A DNA stretch of 64,000 nt from Candidatus Doudnabacteria bacterium (GTDB lineage: Bacteria; Patescibacteriota; Doudnabacteria; UBA920; VMFF01): assembly GCA_028286905.1 (NCBI GenBank), contig JAQBQP010000001.1:143114-207113 (forward strand), given 5' to 3'. How positions within the stretch are numbered: position 1 is the first letter of the stretch; each line of letters opens with the position of its first letter. The position numbers were made by a program, and so were the translations under genes. The notes under the pieces were generated by a model that saw only the letters and a program-made list of their open reading frames with translations, searched no databases and was not told the origin of the DNA. Positions 1 to 11,383 of the stretch are shown piece after piece.

Positions 1-2338
1 GAGAAACCTGAGAGAACGAACCTCTAGCTCCAGAAACTACCATTGAGTTTACAGAACCGTTTGGGTCAACTGAGCTGGTAACATTCTTGGACATTTCTTC
101 CAAAACTTTGCTCCAGATTTCGATAACCTGAGAATATCTTTCGTGTTCAGTTAACAAACCTTCTCTGAAATGCTGATAAGTTGTTTCAACTTCAATATCT
201 GCAGCTGCCAACAATTCTTTCTTGATTTCAGGAATTTTCAAATCATCCATACCCCATGACAAACCAGATTTGGTTGCATAGTTGAACCCGGTTGATTTAA
301 TTCTGTCGATCAATTCAGCAGTCTTGTCGTTACCTAAAAGTTTATGTGCTTCACGAACCAAAGCTTGCAACTTTTTCTTATCAAAAGTTTCATTTCTGTA
401 TCCTAATTCAGGTGGCAAGATCTGGTTAAAGATAACTCTACCAACAGATGTTTCCATTACTTGGCCAAGCATTTTTACTTTGATAATTGCTTTAACGTGA
501 ATATAACCCATGTTGTAAGCAAGCAACGCTTCATCAGGAGATGAGAAGGCCTTACCTTCTCCAAGCATACCTTCACGAGTTTTTGTAATGTAGTAAGAAC
601 CTACCACAACGTCTTTATCTGGAGTCATCACTGGATCGCCGGATGCTGGCTTCAACAAGTTATGAGAAGAGACCATAATTTCTCTAGCTTCTTTTTGGGC
701 AGCATCAGTTAACGGTACGTGGATAGCCATTTGATCTCCGTCGAAGTCGGCATTGAAAGCCGCACAAACCATCGGATGCAATTGGATTGCCTTACCTTCA
801 ATCAAAACTGGTTGGAAGGCTTGGAAACCAAGTCTGTGCAAGGTTGGTGCACGGTTAAGCAAAACGTAATGACCTTGAGTAACTTCTTCTAGGATGTCAT
901 ATACTTCGCTCTTACCTTGTTCGATCAGCTTGTTAGCAGAACGAACGTTGTGCGCGTATTCACGACCAATCAATTTGGAGATAACAAAAGGTTTAAATAA
1001 TTCCAATGCCATTTTCTTAGGCAAACCACATTGATGTAATTTCAAATGTGGACCTACAACGATAACCGAACGACCAGAATAGTCGACACGTTTACCAAGC
1101 AAGTTCTGACGGAAACGGCCTTGCTTACCCTTCAACATGTCTGCAAGAGAACGTAATTTTCTCTTCTGACCAGTCGAAGCTGTAACTTCTTTACCATGAC
1201 GAATAGAGTTGTCGATCAAAGCATCAACTGCTTCTTGCAACATACGCTTTTCGTTTCTAGTGATAACCTCAGGAGCTTTAATTTCCAAAAGTTTCTTCAA
1301 ACGATTGTTTCGGTTGATTACTCTTCTATATAAATCGTTTAAGTCAGAAGCGGCAAAACGTCCACCATCCAACTGAACCATTGGACGTAAATCCGGTGGG
1401 ATAACTGGAAGATAGCTAATCAGTGTCCACTCTGGTCTTAGCCCAGCAGTGATCATTGACTTAACTAATTTCAAGCGCTTTAACATTTTGCGACGAGCCA
1501 TACCATCAGTTTCAACAAGTTCAGAATCCAACTGACGAGCAAGCTCTTCCATGTTTATATCTTCAAGCAAGCCCTTAACAGCTTCTGCACCGATTCCAGC
1601 TACGAATACTGGGCCATACTTCAAAGAAAGATCTCGGTATTCTAATTCAGAAATGATTTGCATCTTCTTGATAGTTTTCAATTCTGAACGAGCTTGATCT
1701 CGAATTGCATCTAAGTTTTCAGCTTCTTTTTTCCAAGCTTCCTGAAGACGAGTTACTTCGGCATCAATACCGGCAGCAACTAATTCTGCATCTTTCTTGG
1801 AATCTTTAAACTGCTTCGCTTTAGAAATCAAAGCTTCATACTTTGCTTCGATCTCTTTCTTCTTCATTTTAAATTCAGATTCGATTTGTTCTAAGGTGTT
1901 GTTTCTAGATTCTTCGTTTACATTAGTAATAATATAAGCGGCGAAGTAGAAAACTTTTTCCAAGTCCTGCACGGAAAGGTTCAAAATTGAACCGATTCTG
2001 GAAGGAACGCCGCGCAAGAACCAAATGTGCGCAACTGGAACAGCAAGCTTGATGTGACCCATGCGTTCACGGCGAACCGCAGCGCGAGTTACTTCAACTC
2101 CACACTTATCACAGACAATACCCTTATAACGAATTCTCTTGTACTTACCGCAATAACATTCCCAATCCTTAATCGGACCGAAAATCTTTTCATCAAACAA
2201 TCCGTCTTTTTCAGGACGTTGAGTACGGTAGTTGATAGTTTCAGGCTTCGTAACTTCTCCGTGTGACCATCCTAAGATAGTGTCGGGGCTAGCAAGCTTG
2301 ATCCTTACTCCTTTAAATTCATCTGATTGAGTGAACAT
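1..2338 (-). CDS. rpoC: DNA-directed RNA polymerase subunit beta' (N-terminal part; runs off window start)
   Basis: Reverse strand reads [83 protein letters not shown]... from ATG at 2338. This is the RpoC zinc-binding N-terminus. It lies immediately downstream of rpoB on the same strand. Absent from the ORF track because no stop falls inside the window. Confidence 0.85.
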   Translation of the reverse strand, partial: MFTQSDEFKGVRIKLASPDTILGWSHGEVTKPETINYRTQRPEKDGLFDEKIFGPIKDWECYCGKYKRIRYKGIVCDKCGVEVTRAAVRRERMGHIKLAVPVAHIWFLRGVPSRIGSILNLSVQDLEKVFYFAAYIITNVNEESRNNTLEQIESEFKMKKKEIEAKYEALISKAKQFKDSKKDAELVAAGIDAEVTRLQEAWKKEAENLDAIRDQARSELKTIKKMQIISELEYRDLSLKYGPVFVAGIGAEAVKGLLEDINMEELARQLDSELVETDGMARRKMLKRLKLVKSMITAGLRPEWTLISYLPVIPPDLRPMVQLDGGRFAASDLNDLYRRVINRNNRLKKLLEIKAPEVITRNEKRMLQEAVDALIDNSIRHGKEVTASTGQKRKLRSLADMLKGKQGRFRQNLLGKRVDYSGRSVIVVGPHLKLHQCGLPKKMALELFKPFVISKLIGREYAHNVRSANKLIEQGKSEVYDILEEVTQGHYVLLNRAPTLHRLGFQAFQPVLIEGKAIQLHPMVCAAFNADFDGDQMAIHVPLTDAAQKEAREIMVSSHNLLKPASGDPVMTPDKDVVVGSYYITKTREGMLGEGKAFSSPDEALLAYNMGYIHVKAIIKVKMLGQVMETSVGRVIFNQILPPELGYRNETFDKKKLQALVREAHKLLGNDKTAELIDRIKSTGFNYATKSGLSWGMDDLKIPEIKKELLAAADIEVETTYQHFREGLLTEHERYSQVIEIWSKVLEEMSKNVTSSVDPNGSVNSMVVSGARGSFSQVS

Positions 2339-2428
2339 AAATATATACTTTGTTAGTGGTTGAAAGGTGGTAAGGTCAGACCTTCTCTAATTAATACCGT
2401 GGAAGGTCAGACCTTTTATGCTAGTAAG

Positions 2429-5400
2429 TTACTTCTTACTTTTAGCCTTTTTCTTGTCTGCGACCTTTTCTTCTTCTAGTTCAAAGTTCAAACCTTTTTC
2501 ACTTTCTTGAGTTGCGATCATTGCGGCTGCTTCTGCCGGTTCTTTGATTTCAGAATCATCTTCGATTACGCCTTGTGCACCGAGCAAATCTACTTCAAGA
2601 CATAGGGACTGCAATTCTTTTACCAACACGCGGAATGATTCAGGAATGTTTGGCTTCTTGATTGGCTCCCCTTTTACAATCGCTTCATAGGTCTTGCTTC
2701 GACCAACCACATCGTCGGATTTAATTGTAATCATTTCCTGCAAAGTGTGCGCCGCGCCGTAACCTTCAAGCGCCCATACTTCCATTTCTCCGAATCTCTG
2801 TCCACCAAATTGAGCTTTACCACCCAAAGGCTGTTGTGTAATTAAGGAGTACGGACCAGTTGAACGAGCATGCATCTTATCGTCTACCAAATGGTGCAGT
2901 TTCAACATGTAAGTGTAACCAACGGTTACTCTTTCATCAAACTTTTCCCCGCTCTTACCATCGTAGATATCTACTTTACCGTCTTCTGGGAAACCAGCTT
3001 TTTTCAATTCTTCTTTAATCTGTTCTTCTGTAATACCGTCTAGTACTGGAGTAGCTACTTTGTAACCAAGCGTACCGGCAGCTAAACCTAAATGGGTTTC
3101 CAAAATCTGTCCTAGGTTCATACGGGAAGCCACACCCAGCGGATTCAAAATAATATCTACTGGCGTACCGTCTTTCAAATGCGGCATGTCTTCTAGTGGC
3201 ACAACTTTTGAAACGACACCTTTGTTACCATGACGACCAGCCATCTTGTCTCCAACCTGGATCTTTCTCAATACCGCTACAGAAACTTGGATTGATCGGA
3301 TTACACCGCTTGGCAATTTGTCGCCGTTTTCTCTGCTGAACTCTCGGATGTTTACAACCTTACCGTACTCGCCGTGCGGCAATACTAACGAAGTGTCTTT
3401 TACATCACGAGATTTTTCACCGAAGATAACACGCAACAATTTTTCTTCAGCAGTTAAATCAGTCTCACCTTTTGGAGTAATTTTTCCAACCAAGATGTCA
3501 CCAGCTTTAACCTGAGCACCAATACGGATTACACCGGATTCGTTTAAGTCTTTAAGTTTTTCATCACCAACGTTTGGAATATCGCGAGTTACGATTTCAG
3601 GTCCAAGCTTGGTATCACGAACATCGATTTTAAAATCTTCAATGTGAATAGAAGAGTAACGATCTTCTTTAACAACTCTTTCAGAAAGAATAATCGCGTC
3701 CTCATAGTTGTAACCATGCCAAGACATGAAAGCTACTAAAACGTTTTGACCAAGAGCCAACTCGCCGCCTTCAGTAGAAGCACCATCGGCAAGCACATCA
3801 CCCTTGCGAACCTTTGTGCCTTTAGTTGCACGAACCATTTGGTTGATTGCAGTACCCGAGTTTGTTCTTACGAATTTTAATAATTCATGAACAACTTTTT
3901 TACCGGTTTTTTCTTCTTCAACAGTAACCTTCTCGCCGTTAACAGCGATAACTTCACCGTCTACTTCAGAAAGAACTACCTGACCAGAGTCATAAGCAGC
4001 TTTTCTCTCCATACCAGTTCCAACGATTGGCGCTTGTGGGCGGATTGTAGAAACAGCCTGACGTTGCATGTTCGATCCCATCAGCGCACGGTTTGCATCG
4101 TCATGTTCCAAGAAAGGAATCAACGATGTTGTAACCGAAATAATTTGCTTTGGGGAAACGTCCATGTAGTCGATGTCATTTGTGTCAGAAATAGAAGGAG
4201 TGCCGTGAACACGAACAGAAGCTCTCTTCTCTGCGAATCTTCCATCAGCATCCAAAGCTGTGTTTGCTGGAGCGATAGTAAGTTTTTCTTCTTCGTAAGC
4301 ATCAAGGTATTCAATTTCTGCAGTTGCAACTGGCTTGATTCTTACTGTCTCTTCACCAGACTTAGCCATGGCTTTAGCCATTTCTGCAGTAATTTTCTCG
4401 CCTTCTAAATTGTATTCACCAATTGCTTCTTTACCATCGTTCTTAACAGAATTTTTTAGTTTTCTGTAAGGGGTTTCAATAAAACCAAAGTCGTTAATCT
4501 TTGCGTAAGTAGCCAAATGGGCAACCAAACCAATGTTTGGTCCTTCAGGAGTTGTAATCGGACATAGTCTGCCGTAGTGAGAACGATGCACGTCGCGAAC
4601 TTCGAAACCAGCGCGTTCACGGGACAAACCACCGGGACCCATCGCTGATAATCTGCGCTTGTGTTCAAGTTCTGCCAAAGGATTTGTTTGGTCCATGAAC
4701 TGTGATAATTGAGATGAAGAAAAGAATTCTTGCATTGAAGCAACAATTGGACGAACGTGAATTAACTGAGCAGGAGTAACTGTGTCTAAATCTGCTAAGC
4801 TCATGCGATCTTTTGCAATTCTTGCCATACGGGCAAGACCAACGCGGAATCTAGTTTGGATCAACTCACCTACTGAACGAATTCTGCGGTTTGCCAAATG
4901 GTCAATATCGTCTGCTTGGTCTTGAGTATTATTCAAACGAATAATCTCGCGAACAGTTGCAATCAAATCCTCTTTTCTTAAAATGTGTTCTGGATTTACA
5001 CCTAGTGCTAATCTTTGATCCAACTTGTAACGACCAACTTCAGATAAATCATAACGATCAAAGTTAAAGAACATCGCAGAAATTAAGCTCTTCGCATTAT
5101 CTACTGTTGCTAAATCACCAGGGCGAATTCTTTTGTAAACTTCTTTGAAACCTTCGTCAGCGTTCTTTGACGGATCTTTTTCTAAAGTAGTTGCAATATA
5201 TTTTGTATCAGGATCAGTATCGATATCCGCAAAGGCAGCTAATATTTCTTCATCAGAAGACAAACCAAAGACGCGCAACAATGCGGTAATTGGGATTCTG
5301 CGCTTTCTATCGATCTTAACTCCAATTACTCCAGCGGCATCAGTATCTAATTCCAACCATGCGCCACGGTTTGGAATAACTTTTGCGCCGTAATAATTTT

Positions 5401-5875
5401 TCCCTCTAGCAGGTTCTGCTGTGAAGAAAACTCCGGGAGACTTTATTAACTGTGAGACAACAACACGCTCCACACCATTAATTACGAATGTCGCGCGTGG
5501 TGTCATCAATGGAAAATCACCAAAATAAACATCTTGGGTCTTAGTTTTTCCAGTAATTTTGTTTACTAACTTTACGCTGCAGTACAATGGTGCTTCGTAA
5601 GTAGTATTTCTTTCTCTTGCGGTCTTCTCGTCATACTTTGGTTTGTCCAAGAAGTAATCGCCAAAAAACATTTCCAGGTTTTTGCCTGTGAAATCTTTGA
5701 TCGGAGTAATTTCTGTTAACAACTCCTTCAAACCTTTTTCAAAGAACCACTTATATGAGTTCAGCTGAGACTCAATAAGATGAGGAACTCCGGTAACCTC
5801 GCGCAAAGTTGTAAAAAACTTTCTAGGATTCTCCGCAGTTCTCGCAGAAACTAACAAACTTCCTTTTTTTGACAT
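2429..5875 (-). CDS. rpoB: DNA-directed RNA polymerase subunit beta
   Basis: 1148-aa ORF with recognisable RpoB conserved blocks. rpoB-rpoC order on the same strand. Confidence 0.95.
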   Translation of the reverse strand: MSKKGSLLVSARTAENPRKFFTTLREVTGVPHLIESQLNSYKWFFEKGLKELLTEITPIKDFTGKNLEMFFGDYFLDKPKYDEKTARERNTTYEAPLYCSVKLVNKITGKTKTQDVYFGDFPLMTPRATFVINGVERVVVSQLIKSPGVFFTAEPARGKNYYGAKVIPNRGAWLELDTDAAGVIGVKIDRKRRIPITALLRVFGLSSDEEILAAFADIDTDPDTKYIATTLEKDPSKNADEGFKEVYKRIRPGDLATVDNAKSLISAMFFNFDRYDLSEVGRYKLDQRLALGVNPEHILRKEDLIATVREIIRLNNTQDQADDIDHLANRRIRSVGELIQTRFRVGLARMARIAKDRMSLADLDTVTPAQLIHVRPIVASMQEFFSSSQLSQFMDQTNPLAELEHKRRLSAMGPGGLSRERAGFEVRDVHRSHYGRLCPITTPEGPNIGLVAHLATYAKINDFGFIETPYRKLKNSVKNDGKEAIGEYNLEGEKITAEMAKAMAKSGEETVRIKPVATAEIEYLDAYEEEKLTIAPANTALDADGRFAEKRASVRVHGTPSISDTNDIDYMDVSPKQIISVTTSLIPFLEHDDANRALMGSNMQRQAVSTIRPQAPIVGTGMERKAAYDSGQVVLSEVDGEVIAVNGEKVTVEEEKTGKKVVHELLKFVRTNSGTAINQMVRATKGTKVRKGDVLADGASTEGGELALGQNVLVAFMSWHGYNYEDAIILSERVVKEDRYSSIHIEDFKIDVRDTKLGPEIVTRDIPNVGDEKLKDLNESGVIRIGAQVKAGDILVGKITPKGETDLTAEEKLLRVIFGEKSRDVKDTSLVLPHGEYGKVVNIREFSRENGDKLPSGVIRSIQVSVAVLRKIQVGDKMAGRHGNKGVVSKVVPLEDMPHLKDGTPVDIILNPLGVASRMNLGQILETHLGLAAGTLGYKVATPVLDGITEEQIKEELKKAGFPEDGKVDIYDGKSGEKFDERVTVGYTYMLKLHHLVDDKMHARSTGPYSLITQQPLGGKAQFGGQRFGEMEVWALEGYGAAHTLQEMITIKSDDVVGRSKTYEAIVKGEPIKKPNIPESFRVLVKELQSLCLEVDLLGAQGVIEDDSEIKEPAEAAAMIATQESEKGLNFELEEEKVADKKKAKSKK

Positions 5876-5952
5876 AAAAAATCTCCATTTTAGAGAACGC
5901 TAAAATGGACCTTTCGTTAGGCTTAAAAAATTGGGCGAAAATGCATATGTCA

Positions 5953-5980
5953 ATCATAACATTTTGGGGGGCCTTGTCAA
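5953..5980 (-). promoter_or_regulatory. sigma70-type promoter of rpoB. On the minus strand: TTGACA (5975-5980), 16-nt spacer, TATGAT (5953-5958).
   Basis: Read directly from the sequence. Two further TTGACA-like hexamers lie upstream at 6000-6006 and 6013-6018. A 9-bp stem hairpin (5884-5909) and a GGAGA Shine-Dalgarno sit in the roughly 70-nt leader. Confidence 0.5.
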
Positions 5981-6213
5981 CTCTTCAGTTAAACCAGCTT
6001 TGTCAAGAATTTTGTCATTGATGGCTTAAATAAGCCATTTTTTTTAAAACTTTACCACATCAACTCCACACGATATCCCCAGAAGATTATCCCCAAACAG
6101 AAAATGCAAAAAACACCTCCAAATTCTGTCATTACACCCTATAAAATCTCCTGGGTCAACTTTTATACACAACCAATGTTGTATTTAGAGAACAGTTTGC
6201 ATATACTTTTAGT

Positions 6214-7137
6214 ATGCAAATTACAGAAAAGGTTATTATCGTTTCAAATTTAAATAAGAAGTATAAAGATTTTGAGGCAGTTAAAGGAATTAGTTTCGAA
6301 GTTAACAAAGGTGAGGTTTTTGGAATTTTAGGCCCAAACGGCGCTGGAAAAACCACGACCCTAGAGATAATTGAGGGTTTGAAAAAACAAACCTCAGGAA
6401 CTATTCAGGTTTTGGGCTTAGACAATCTCAAATCCGACAAAGAAATTAAGAAAAGAATTGGAGTTCAGCTACAAAGCAGCGAATATCTTAATTATTTAAC
6501 ACTTGGTGAACAAATTAAGCTATTTGGCAGTTTATATGGGGTAAAAGCTGATCCGATTGCTACTCTAAAGAAGGTTAATCTAGAAGATAAGGTGAATAAC
6601 GAAGTAAAAGAGCTTTCTGGCGGACAGAAACAACGTTTTACCATTGCCACTGCGCTAGTGCATACCCCAGAAATCCTCTTTTTAGATGAACCAACCACCG
6701 GCTTAGACCCCCAAGCGCGCAGAGATATGTGGAATTTAATAAAGGAATTAAACCTTCAAGGTATAACCATAGTTATCACTACGCATTACATGGAAGAAGC
6801 CGAATATTTATGCAATCGGGTAGCAATAATGGATTCTGGAAAAATTTTGCAATTAGACAGCCCCCAAGGCTTAATTCAATCCCTCTCTAAGGTTTATAAA
6901 CTTAGTTTTTTTGTTAACAAGCCTTTGGATAAAGAATTTTTCAATTCTTTTGGAACACTGAAAGTCTATAATGAGTTTCCTAAAATTATTATTGAGCTCG
7001 AAAATATTGAACTGTTGCCACAAATCATTCAGAAACTTAAAGATCAAGGCATCGATTATAAGTTTTTGAACCTTAAAACTGCAACTCTTGAAGACGTTTA
7101 CTTACACTTAACCGGCCGCGAATACCAGGAACAATAA
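6214..7137 (+). CDS. ABC transporter ATP-binding protein (ABC-2 type exporter)
   Basis: Walker A GPNGAGKTT, signature LSGGQKQR, Walker B ILFLDEPTTGLD. Confidence 0.85.
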   Translation: MQITEKVIIVSNLNKKYKDFEAVKGISFEVNKGEVFGILGPNGAGKTTTLEIIEGLKKQTSGTIQVLGLDNLKSDKEIKKRIGVQLQSSEYLNYLTLGEQIKLFGSLYGVKADPIATLKKVNLEDKVNNEVKELSGGQKQRFTIATALVHTPEILFLDEPTTGLDPQARRDMWNLIKELNLQGITIVITTHYMEEAEYLCNRVAIMDSGKILQLDSPQGLIQSLSKVYKLSFFVNKPLDKEFFNSFGTLKVYNEFPKIIIELENIELLPQIIQKLKDQGIDYKFLNLKTATLEDVYLHLTGREYQEQ

Positions 7138-7140
7138 ACT

Positions 7141-7878
7141 ATGTCTTTTTACCATCTTTTTATAACCAACATCCGTTTACTCTACCGCAACTGGCGTGGG
7201 TTGTTTTTTAATTTATTCCTGCCAATAGTTTTATATGTAGCCATTAGCAAGGTTGCAGGCAACGGATCCGGCAGTAGCAATTATGCAGATTTCCTTTTAC
7301 CGGGAATTATTGCAATGACTATTATGCAAACCGGCATATTCAGTTTGGCCTATTATTTAGTAGATCTGAAGTCGCGGGGCGTACTAAAACGTTTCTTTGT
7401 GACCCCTCTCTCCACCGCTGAACTTACAGGCTCTCTAATTTTATCTAGACTAGTTTTAATGGCAATTCAGATTGCAATTTTGGTGGGAATTGGGAAAATT
7501 TATTTCGGTGCACACGTAAACGGCAGTGTTTTGGCAATTATTCTACTGATGGTTCTTGGAGGCGGTGTATTCTTGGGATTGGGCTTCCTAATATCTAGTT
7601 TAGCGAATACCTATGACGAAGCGGCTCCAATGACCACCTTACTAAATTTGATTTTCACCTTCTTAGGAAATATTTTCTTTCCAAGCAGTGTTTTACCAAA
7701 AGCTTTTCAGGCGATTGGCAGTAAGCTTCCAGTAACATACCTTGCCGAGGGCATGCGCCATAACTTTATTGAACAATGGTCCTTGAAGCAAACTTTACCG
7801 GATTTTCTTGGGTTGGCCATCTGGCTGGTAATAATCCTTGCCGCGACAACCTACACCTTTAGACTAAAGAAGGAATAG
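7141..7878 (+). CDS. ABC-2 family transporter permease
   Basis: Multi-TM hydrophobic protein immediately after the ATPase, with a 3-nt gap. Confidence 0.65.
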   Translation: MSFYHLFITNIRLLYRNWRGLFFNLFLPIVLYVAISKVAGNGSGSSNYADFLLPGIIAMTIMQTGIFSLAYYLVDLKSRGVLKRFFVTPLSTAELTGSLILSRLVLMAIQIAILVGIGKIYFGAHVNGSVLAIILLMVLGGGVFLGLGFLISSLANTYDEAAPMTTLLNLIFTFLGNIFFPSSVLPKAFQAIGSKLPVTYLAEGMRHNFIEQWSLKQTLPDFLGLAIWLVIILAATTYTFRLKKE

Positions 7879-7916
7879 GCATGAGTCGTCCGCTTCGCTT
7901 CGACATAAATCTAAAA

Positions 7917-7947
7917 AAACCTCGATCAATTGATCGAGGTTTTTTTC
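7917..7947. terminator. bidirectional intrinsic terminator (aaacctcgatcaattgatcgaggttttttt)
   Basis: Perfect hairpin flanked by an A-run and a T-run, between convergent genes. Confidence 0.6.
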
Positions 7948-8333
7948 TTTATTGTGATATTTGGCTCAGCCCCATAAGCCGGATCAAAATCTGCACCTAC
8001 CTTTTTAAGCTTCATTTTTTCTAATTGGCTGAGGTCTTCTGGCAAACGATCCTTTTCGACAGCATATAAAGGAATGTTCTTTGCAAATGAAAAAGCCAAA
8101 CCGATCGTGACACCGACTCGAATTCCAGTAAAAGACCCCGGGCCTGAAACAACAATAATCTTTTCAATCTGGTTCAGTTTAACTTTCGAAGTTTTTAAAA
8201 ACTTCTCTAAATAACCTAGGGTTTTTTCGGTTTCAGGATAAGTTATCTTAATTTTCCTTGCCCTGGTTTTTAAATTGTTAATCAAAGCAAAATGGATTTG
8301 ATTATATCCCGCGCTGTCTATAAGTAATATCAT
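7926..8333 (-). CDS. tsaB: tRNA threonylcarbamoyladenosine biosynthesis protein TsaB (YeaZ-like)
   Basis: 135 aa with a GPGSFTGIRVG motif. Confidence 0.55.
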   Translation of the reverse strand: MILLIDSAGYNQIHFALINNLKTRARKIKITYPETEKTLGYLEKFLKTSKVKLNQIEKIIVVSGPGSFTGIRVGVTIGLAFSFAKNIPLYAVEKDRLPEDLSQLEKMKLKKVGADFDPAYGAEPNITIKKKTSIN

Positions 8334-9565
8334 AAAGCCTGTTCAATTACTTTTTTCTCATCCCATTCGATTCGTTGATTCCCGGGTAAAATCAAGAATT
8401 GCTCGGAGCCTTTTCCGGTTATCAAAACTATATCGTTCGATTGAGCTATTTGAAGAGCTCTTTTGATTGCATCCTTACGATCTAATATCACAATTATTTC
8501 TGAAACTTTTTTGTGTTCGGACTGCTTTATCCCTGACATTATATCTTCGACAATCTTAACCGGATCCGAGTCGTAAACATCGTCGTTAGTAATGATAATC
8601 TTATCGCTATATGCTGCTGAGATCTTCCCAAATTCAAAACGCTTGGCGACATCCCGATGTCCTCCAGTTGAACCAAAAACATGAATAATTTTTTTGTGCT
8701 CGATCAGTGAAATCGCTTTCAAAACGTTTTCCATTGCGACCGGTTCTGGAGCATAATCCAAAAATATTTTTAGCCCTTTGTCATTTGCTATCGATTGCAT
8801 TCGACCTGGAATCTCGCTAACTGCAGCTAAAGCATTTTTATGGATTTCAAGGTCAGTGACCCCTAGCGCTTCAGCGATGGACATTGCCATGATTGCATTA
8901 TTTTTATTAAAATCACCAACTAAATTTATTTTAACTTCTCGGTCTAAATTAATTTCAATTTTCTGATCGGCTTTGAAGCTTAGGAAGTATTCTTTATTAG
9001 CATCAGCTGCATTTACTAAAATTACTTTGGTTTTAAAAAATGGTTTTACGTAAGATTGCTCCAAAGCGGCGAAGAGCTTACCTTTTGCCTTTTTGTAATT
9101 TTCAAAGCCGCCGTGAGAATCTAAATGCGCTTCGGCAAGATTTGTAACCACAGCAAGGTCAAAATCTATTCCAGCATGTCGATTCTGTGCCAAACCTTCA
9201 GAGGTACATTCGATGATCGCATATTTACAATCGTTCTGTAGCATTTGTTTCAATTCTTTTTGCAGAAGGAATCGGCCTGGCATACTCATACCATGTTTAT
9301 TAAGAACATCGTTGCGTCCATCAAAAAAATTCACAGTAGTAATGTATCCGGTTTTTTTGCCGGCGGCATTTAAGATGCTTGCTAAAAACCTGGTAGTGGT
9401 CGACTTTCCGGCGGTACCAGTAATACCAACCACGATTAGCTTGCGTGAAGGAAAACCATAAATCACAGCACCAAGATATGCTAAAAATCCATGACCAACC
9501 GGCCGAATTCTTTTAACAAACTCTTCGGGCAATATTTTTTTTAATAAATTTAAGAATGTCTGCAT
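8330..9565 (-). CDS. Mur ligase family protein (MurE/MurT-like)
   Basis: GITGTAGKSTT P-loop and the characteristic Mur ligase layout. Exact family member not resolvable by eye. Confidence 0.55.
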   Translation of the reverse strand: MQTFLNLLKKILPEEFVKRIRPVGHGFLAYLGAVIYGFPSRKLIVVGITGTAGKSTTTRFLASILNAAGKKTGYITTVNFFDGRNDVLNKHGMSMPGRFLLQKELKQMLQNDCKYAIIECTSEGLAQNRHAGIDFDLAVVTNLAEAHLDSHGGFENYKKAKGKLFAALEQSYVKPFFKTKVILVNAADANKEYFLSFKADQKIEINLDREVKINLVGDFNKNNAIMAMSIAEALGVTDLEIHKNALAAVSEIPGRMQSIANDKGLKIFLDYAPEPVAMENVLKAISLIEHKKIIHVFGSTGGHRDVAKRFEFGKISAAYSDKIIITNDDVYDSDPVKIVEDIMSGIKQSEHKKVSEIIVILDRKDAIKRALQIAQSNDIVLITGKGSEQFLILPGNQRIEWDEKKVIEQAL

Positions 9566-10566
9566 TATTTTAATTTTCTGTTTAATGCCCTTAAAAGCTT
9601 ATAAACATGATACCAGCTATGATTATAAACATAATCGTAAGTACCAATGCTCGAATGCTCTACTCCGCCAAAGCCGGCTTTAAACTTACTAAAACCGTGC
9701 CATGGATGCTTCGGGTCACTTTCGTAACCCCACAAATCATACTGAGTATATCCAAAAGCTTTGGCATCTAGAATGGCTTGCCAATGCAGCGCATATGGCG
9801 CCATCAAATTTCGTTTTATATCGGAAGAGCCGCCGAACAGATAAATCATCAGATTATTTACCAGTCCATGCTCAGTGTAAATCATTAAGTTTGCAGCTAA
9901 GATATCGCCTTCATGCCAAGCGGTGTACAGCTTAGCAGTAACTCCTAATTGTGATTGCGCGAAAAATTGCAGGATCTTTTGATAATATTGTTCTTGGAAT
10001 GCTTTTATTTTTTGACGCTTTGCTGTGTCCAGGAAAAGCTTACCTGCTTCGCCCAACTCGTTCTGTATCCGAACCTGAACATTATGCTTCTTAGCGACCT
10101 TAATGTTATAGCGAGTTTTTGGATGCATTCCTTTTAGAATATCTTCTTCGGATTTACTTATATCTAAAATTAATGTTCGGTGCGGATTTAGATCAGCACT
10201 TTTAACAAATTCACTGCTCTTTAAATAAGCTAGCTTTTGCTGAAATTCAAAACGAATAAATAAGAGTTCTGGGTATTTTTTCTTTAGCTCTTTGGCGAAG
10301 AAAATAAAATGTTCTTCAAACTTGTGCTCATCGGAAAGCACTGGACCATACGGCAAAAATAAATAAGCGTGCTTTCCTTGCTTACTCAAAATCGCTTGGG
10401 CAACGAAAGAAAAAGTTTTAAATTCTTCAATTGCAAAACGTCGAACATCTTTACCAACACTTTTTTGAAAATCTCCCCAAGCCCAACTTTGCAAAAAGCT
10501 GCCCTTGGAATTTACCAGGCGCTGATATTGCTCACGGTCTTCTGCTGTTAGTTCTAGTAATTGCAT
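9565..10566 (-). CDS. FemAB-family peptidoglycan bridge peptidyltransferase
   Basis: 333 aa with a FemAB/FemX-like N-terminus. Adjacent to the Mur ligase. Confidence 0.5.
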   Translation of the reverse strand: MQLLELTAEDREQYQRLVNSKGSFLQSWAWGDFQKSVGKDVRRFAIEEFKTFSFVAQAILSKQGKHAYLFLPYGPVLSDEHKFEEHFIFFAKELKKKYPELLFIRFEFQQKLAYLKSSEFVKSADLNPHRTLILDISKSEEDILKGMHPKTRYNIKVAKKHNVQVRIQNELGEAGKLFLDTAKRQKIKAFQEQYYQKILQFFAQSQLGVTAKLYTAWHEGDILAANLMIYTEHGLVNNLMIYLFGGSSDIKRNLMAPYALHWQAILDAKAFGYTQYDLWGYESDPKHPWHGFSKFKAGFGGVEHSSIGTYDYVYNHSWYHVYKLLRALNRKLK

Positions 10567-11126
10567 TATTTGCTAAGATGCTTTAAGGCTTGTCTGAGTT
10601 TTTCTTCCGAAGTTAAGCTGTGATCAATTTTTGATAATACTTCTTTGATCTCGCGGGTTGAATAGCCTAAGCCTTCTAAGGCCGTAAGGATATCGTCGGA
10701 GCCGCCGCCAACAAAGCTGCCGCCAGAAATTGAACCAAGTTTTTCTTTTAGTTCCATAATAATTCGTTCCGCGGTTTTTTTGCCAACTCCACCAACCTTA
10801 GTAAATACCGCGACGTCTTGAGAAATAATCGCATTCCGAACTAAATCAATATCCCCCGCTGAAAGCACAGACATCGCCATTTTTGGTCCAACCCCGGAAA
10901 CGGTAATTAAAAGCTCAAAGAAATTCAATTCTGAAATCGTTTGGAACCCATACAAATTCAAAGCATCCTCGCGTACTTGTAAGTAAGTATGTACTTCTAT
11001 CTCAGAGTTAAGAGGTAACTCCAAGATCTTTGGAGTAGCCATAATTCGATAACCAATACCATTGTTTTCTAACAATAGTTGATTTTCGGTTTTTCCAATA
11101 ATTTTTCCTTTGATGTATCCGATCAT
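10566..11126 (-). CDS. ruvA: Holliday junction DNA helicase RuvA
   Basis: MIGYIKGK...GIGYRI...VSGVGPK motifs. Confidence 0.85.
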   Translation of the reverse strand: MIGYIKGKIIGKTENQLLLENNGIGYRIMATPKILELPLNSEIEVHTYLQVREDALNLYGFQTISELNFFELLITVSGVGPKMAMSVLSAGDIDLVRNAIISQDVAVFTKVGGVGKKTAERIIMELKEKLGSISGGSFVGGGSDDILTALEGLGYSTREIKEVLSKIDHSLTSEEKLRQALKHLSK

Positions 11127-11197
11127 ATCTAGATTATAAAAGAAAACGAGACCCCTTGATAGAGGCCCCGCGGTTTTCTTTGGCTTTCGCCCTCCTT

Positions 11198-11383
11198 CTA
11201 CAGCTGACTTATCCGATCTTCGTCGAGTTCGGTTTCAGACTCGGCGCCTTCACCTTGCTCGATTCCGTGCGGTGGCTCCGAGACCTGTGGAGCGTTGCTG
11301 GATCGGTTATGCACCGTTCCAAGGTCGATAATGTTCGTTCCCGGCATGCTCTTCCAACGCTGGTCCTCCCCGATCCTGTCCAT
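11198..11383 (-). CDS. hypothetical small acidic protein (61 aa) in a GC-rich islet
   Basis: An ATG preceded by AGGAG at 6-nt spacing gives MDRIGEDQRW...ETELDEDRISQL. The longer 81-aa track ORF would start at a TTG with no SD. Coding status is uncertain. Confidence 0.25.
   Translation of the reverse strand: MDRIGEDQRWKSMPGTNIIDLGTVHNRSSNAPQVSEPPHGIEQGEGAESETELDEDRISQL

Noticed and set aside
282-5393. Short ORFs antisense to rpoC and rpoB (for example 282..500, 2027..2266, 3246..3515, 3887..4408, 4456..4746, 5145..5393)
   Set aside because: They are embedded in strongly conserved RNA polymerase coding sequence on the other strand. They have no RBS and low-complexity translations.
5965-6018. 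Triple TTGTCAA repeat at about 20-nt spacing, and a TTTGTCAAGgagTTTGTCAAGa doublet at 50140-50165, considered as binding sites for a shared regulator
   Set aside because: On the opposite strand these read TTGACA, the sigma70 -35 consensus. They sit at appropriate distances from TATGAT and TAAAGT -10 boxes upstream of the minus-strand genes rpoB and the 49404..50012 ORF. They are promoter hexamers, not a separate motif.
6011-6037. Hairpin atggcttaaataagccat plus T8, seen as a possible terminator upstream of the ABC operon
   Set aside because: It is oriented for plus-strand termination, but no plus-strand gene lies upstream for more than 6 kb. It may simply insulate the divergent promoters. 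The evidence is too weak to list as a feature.
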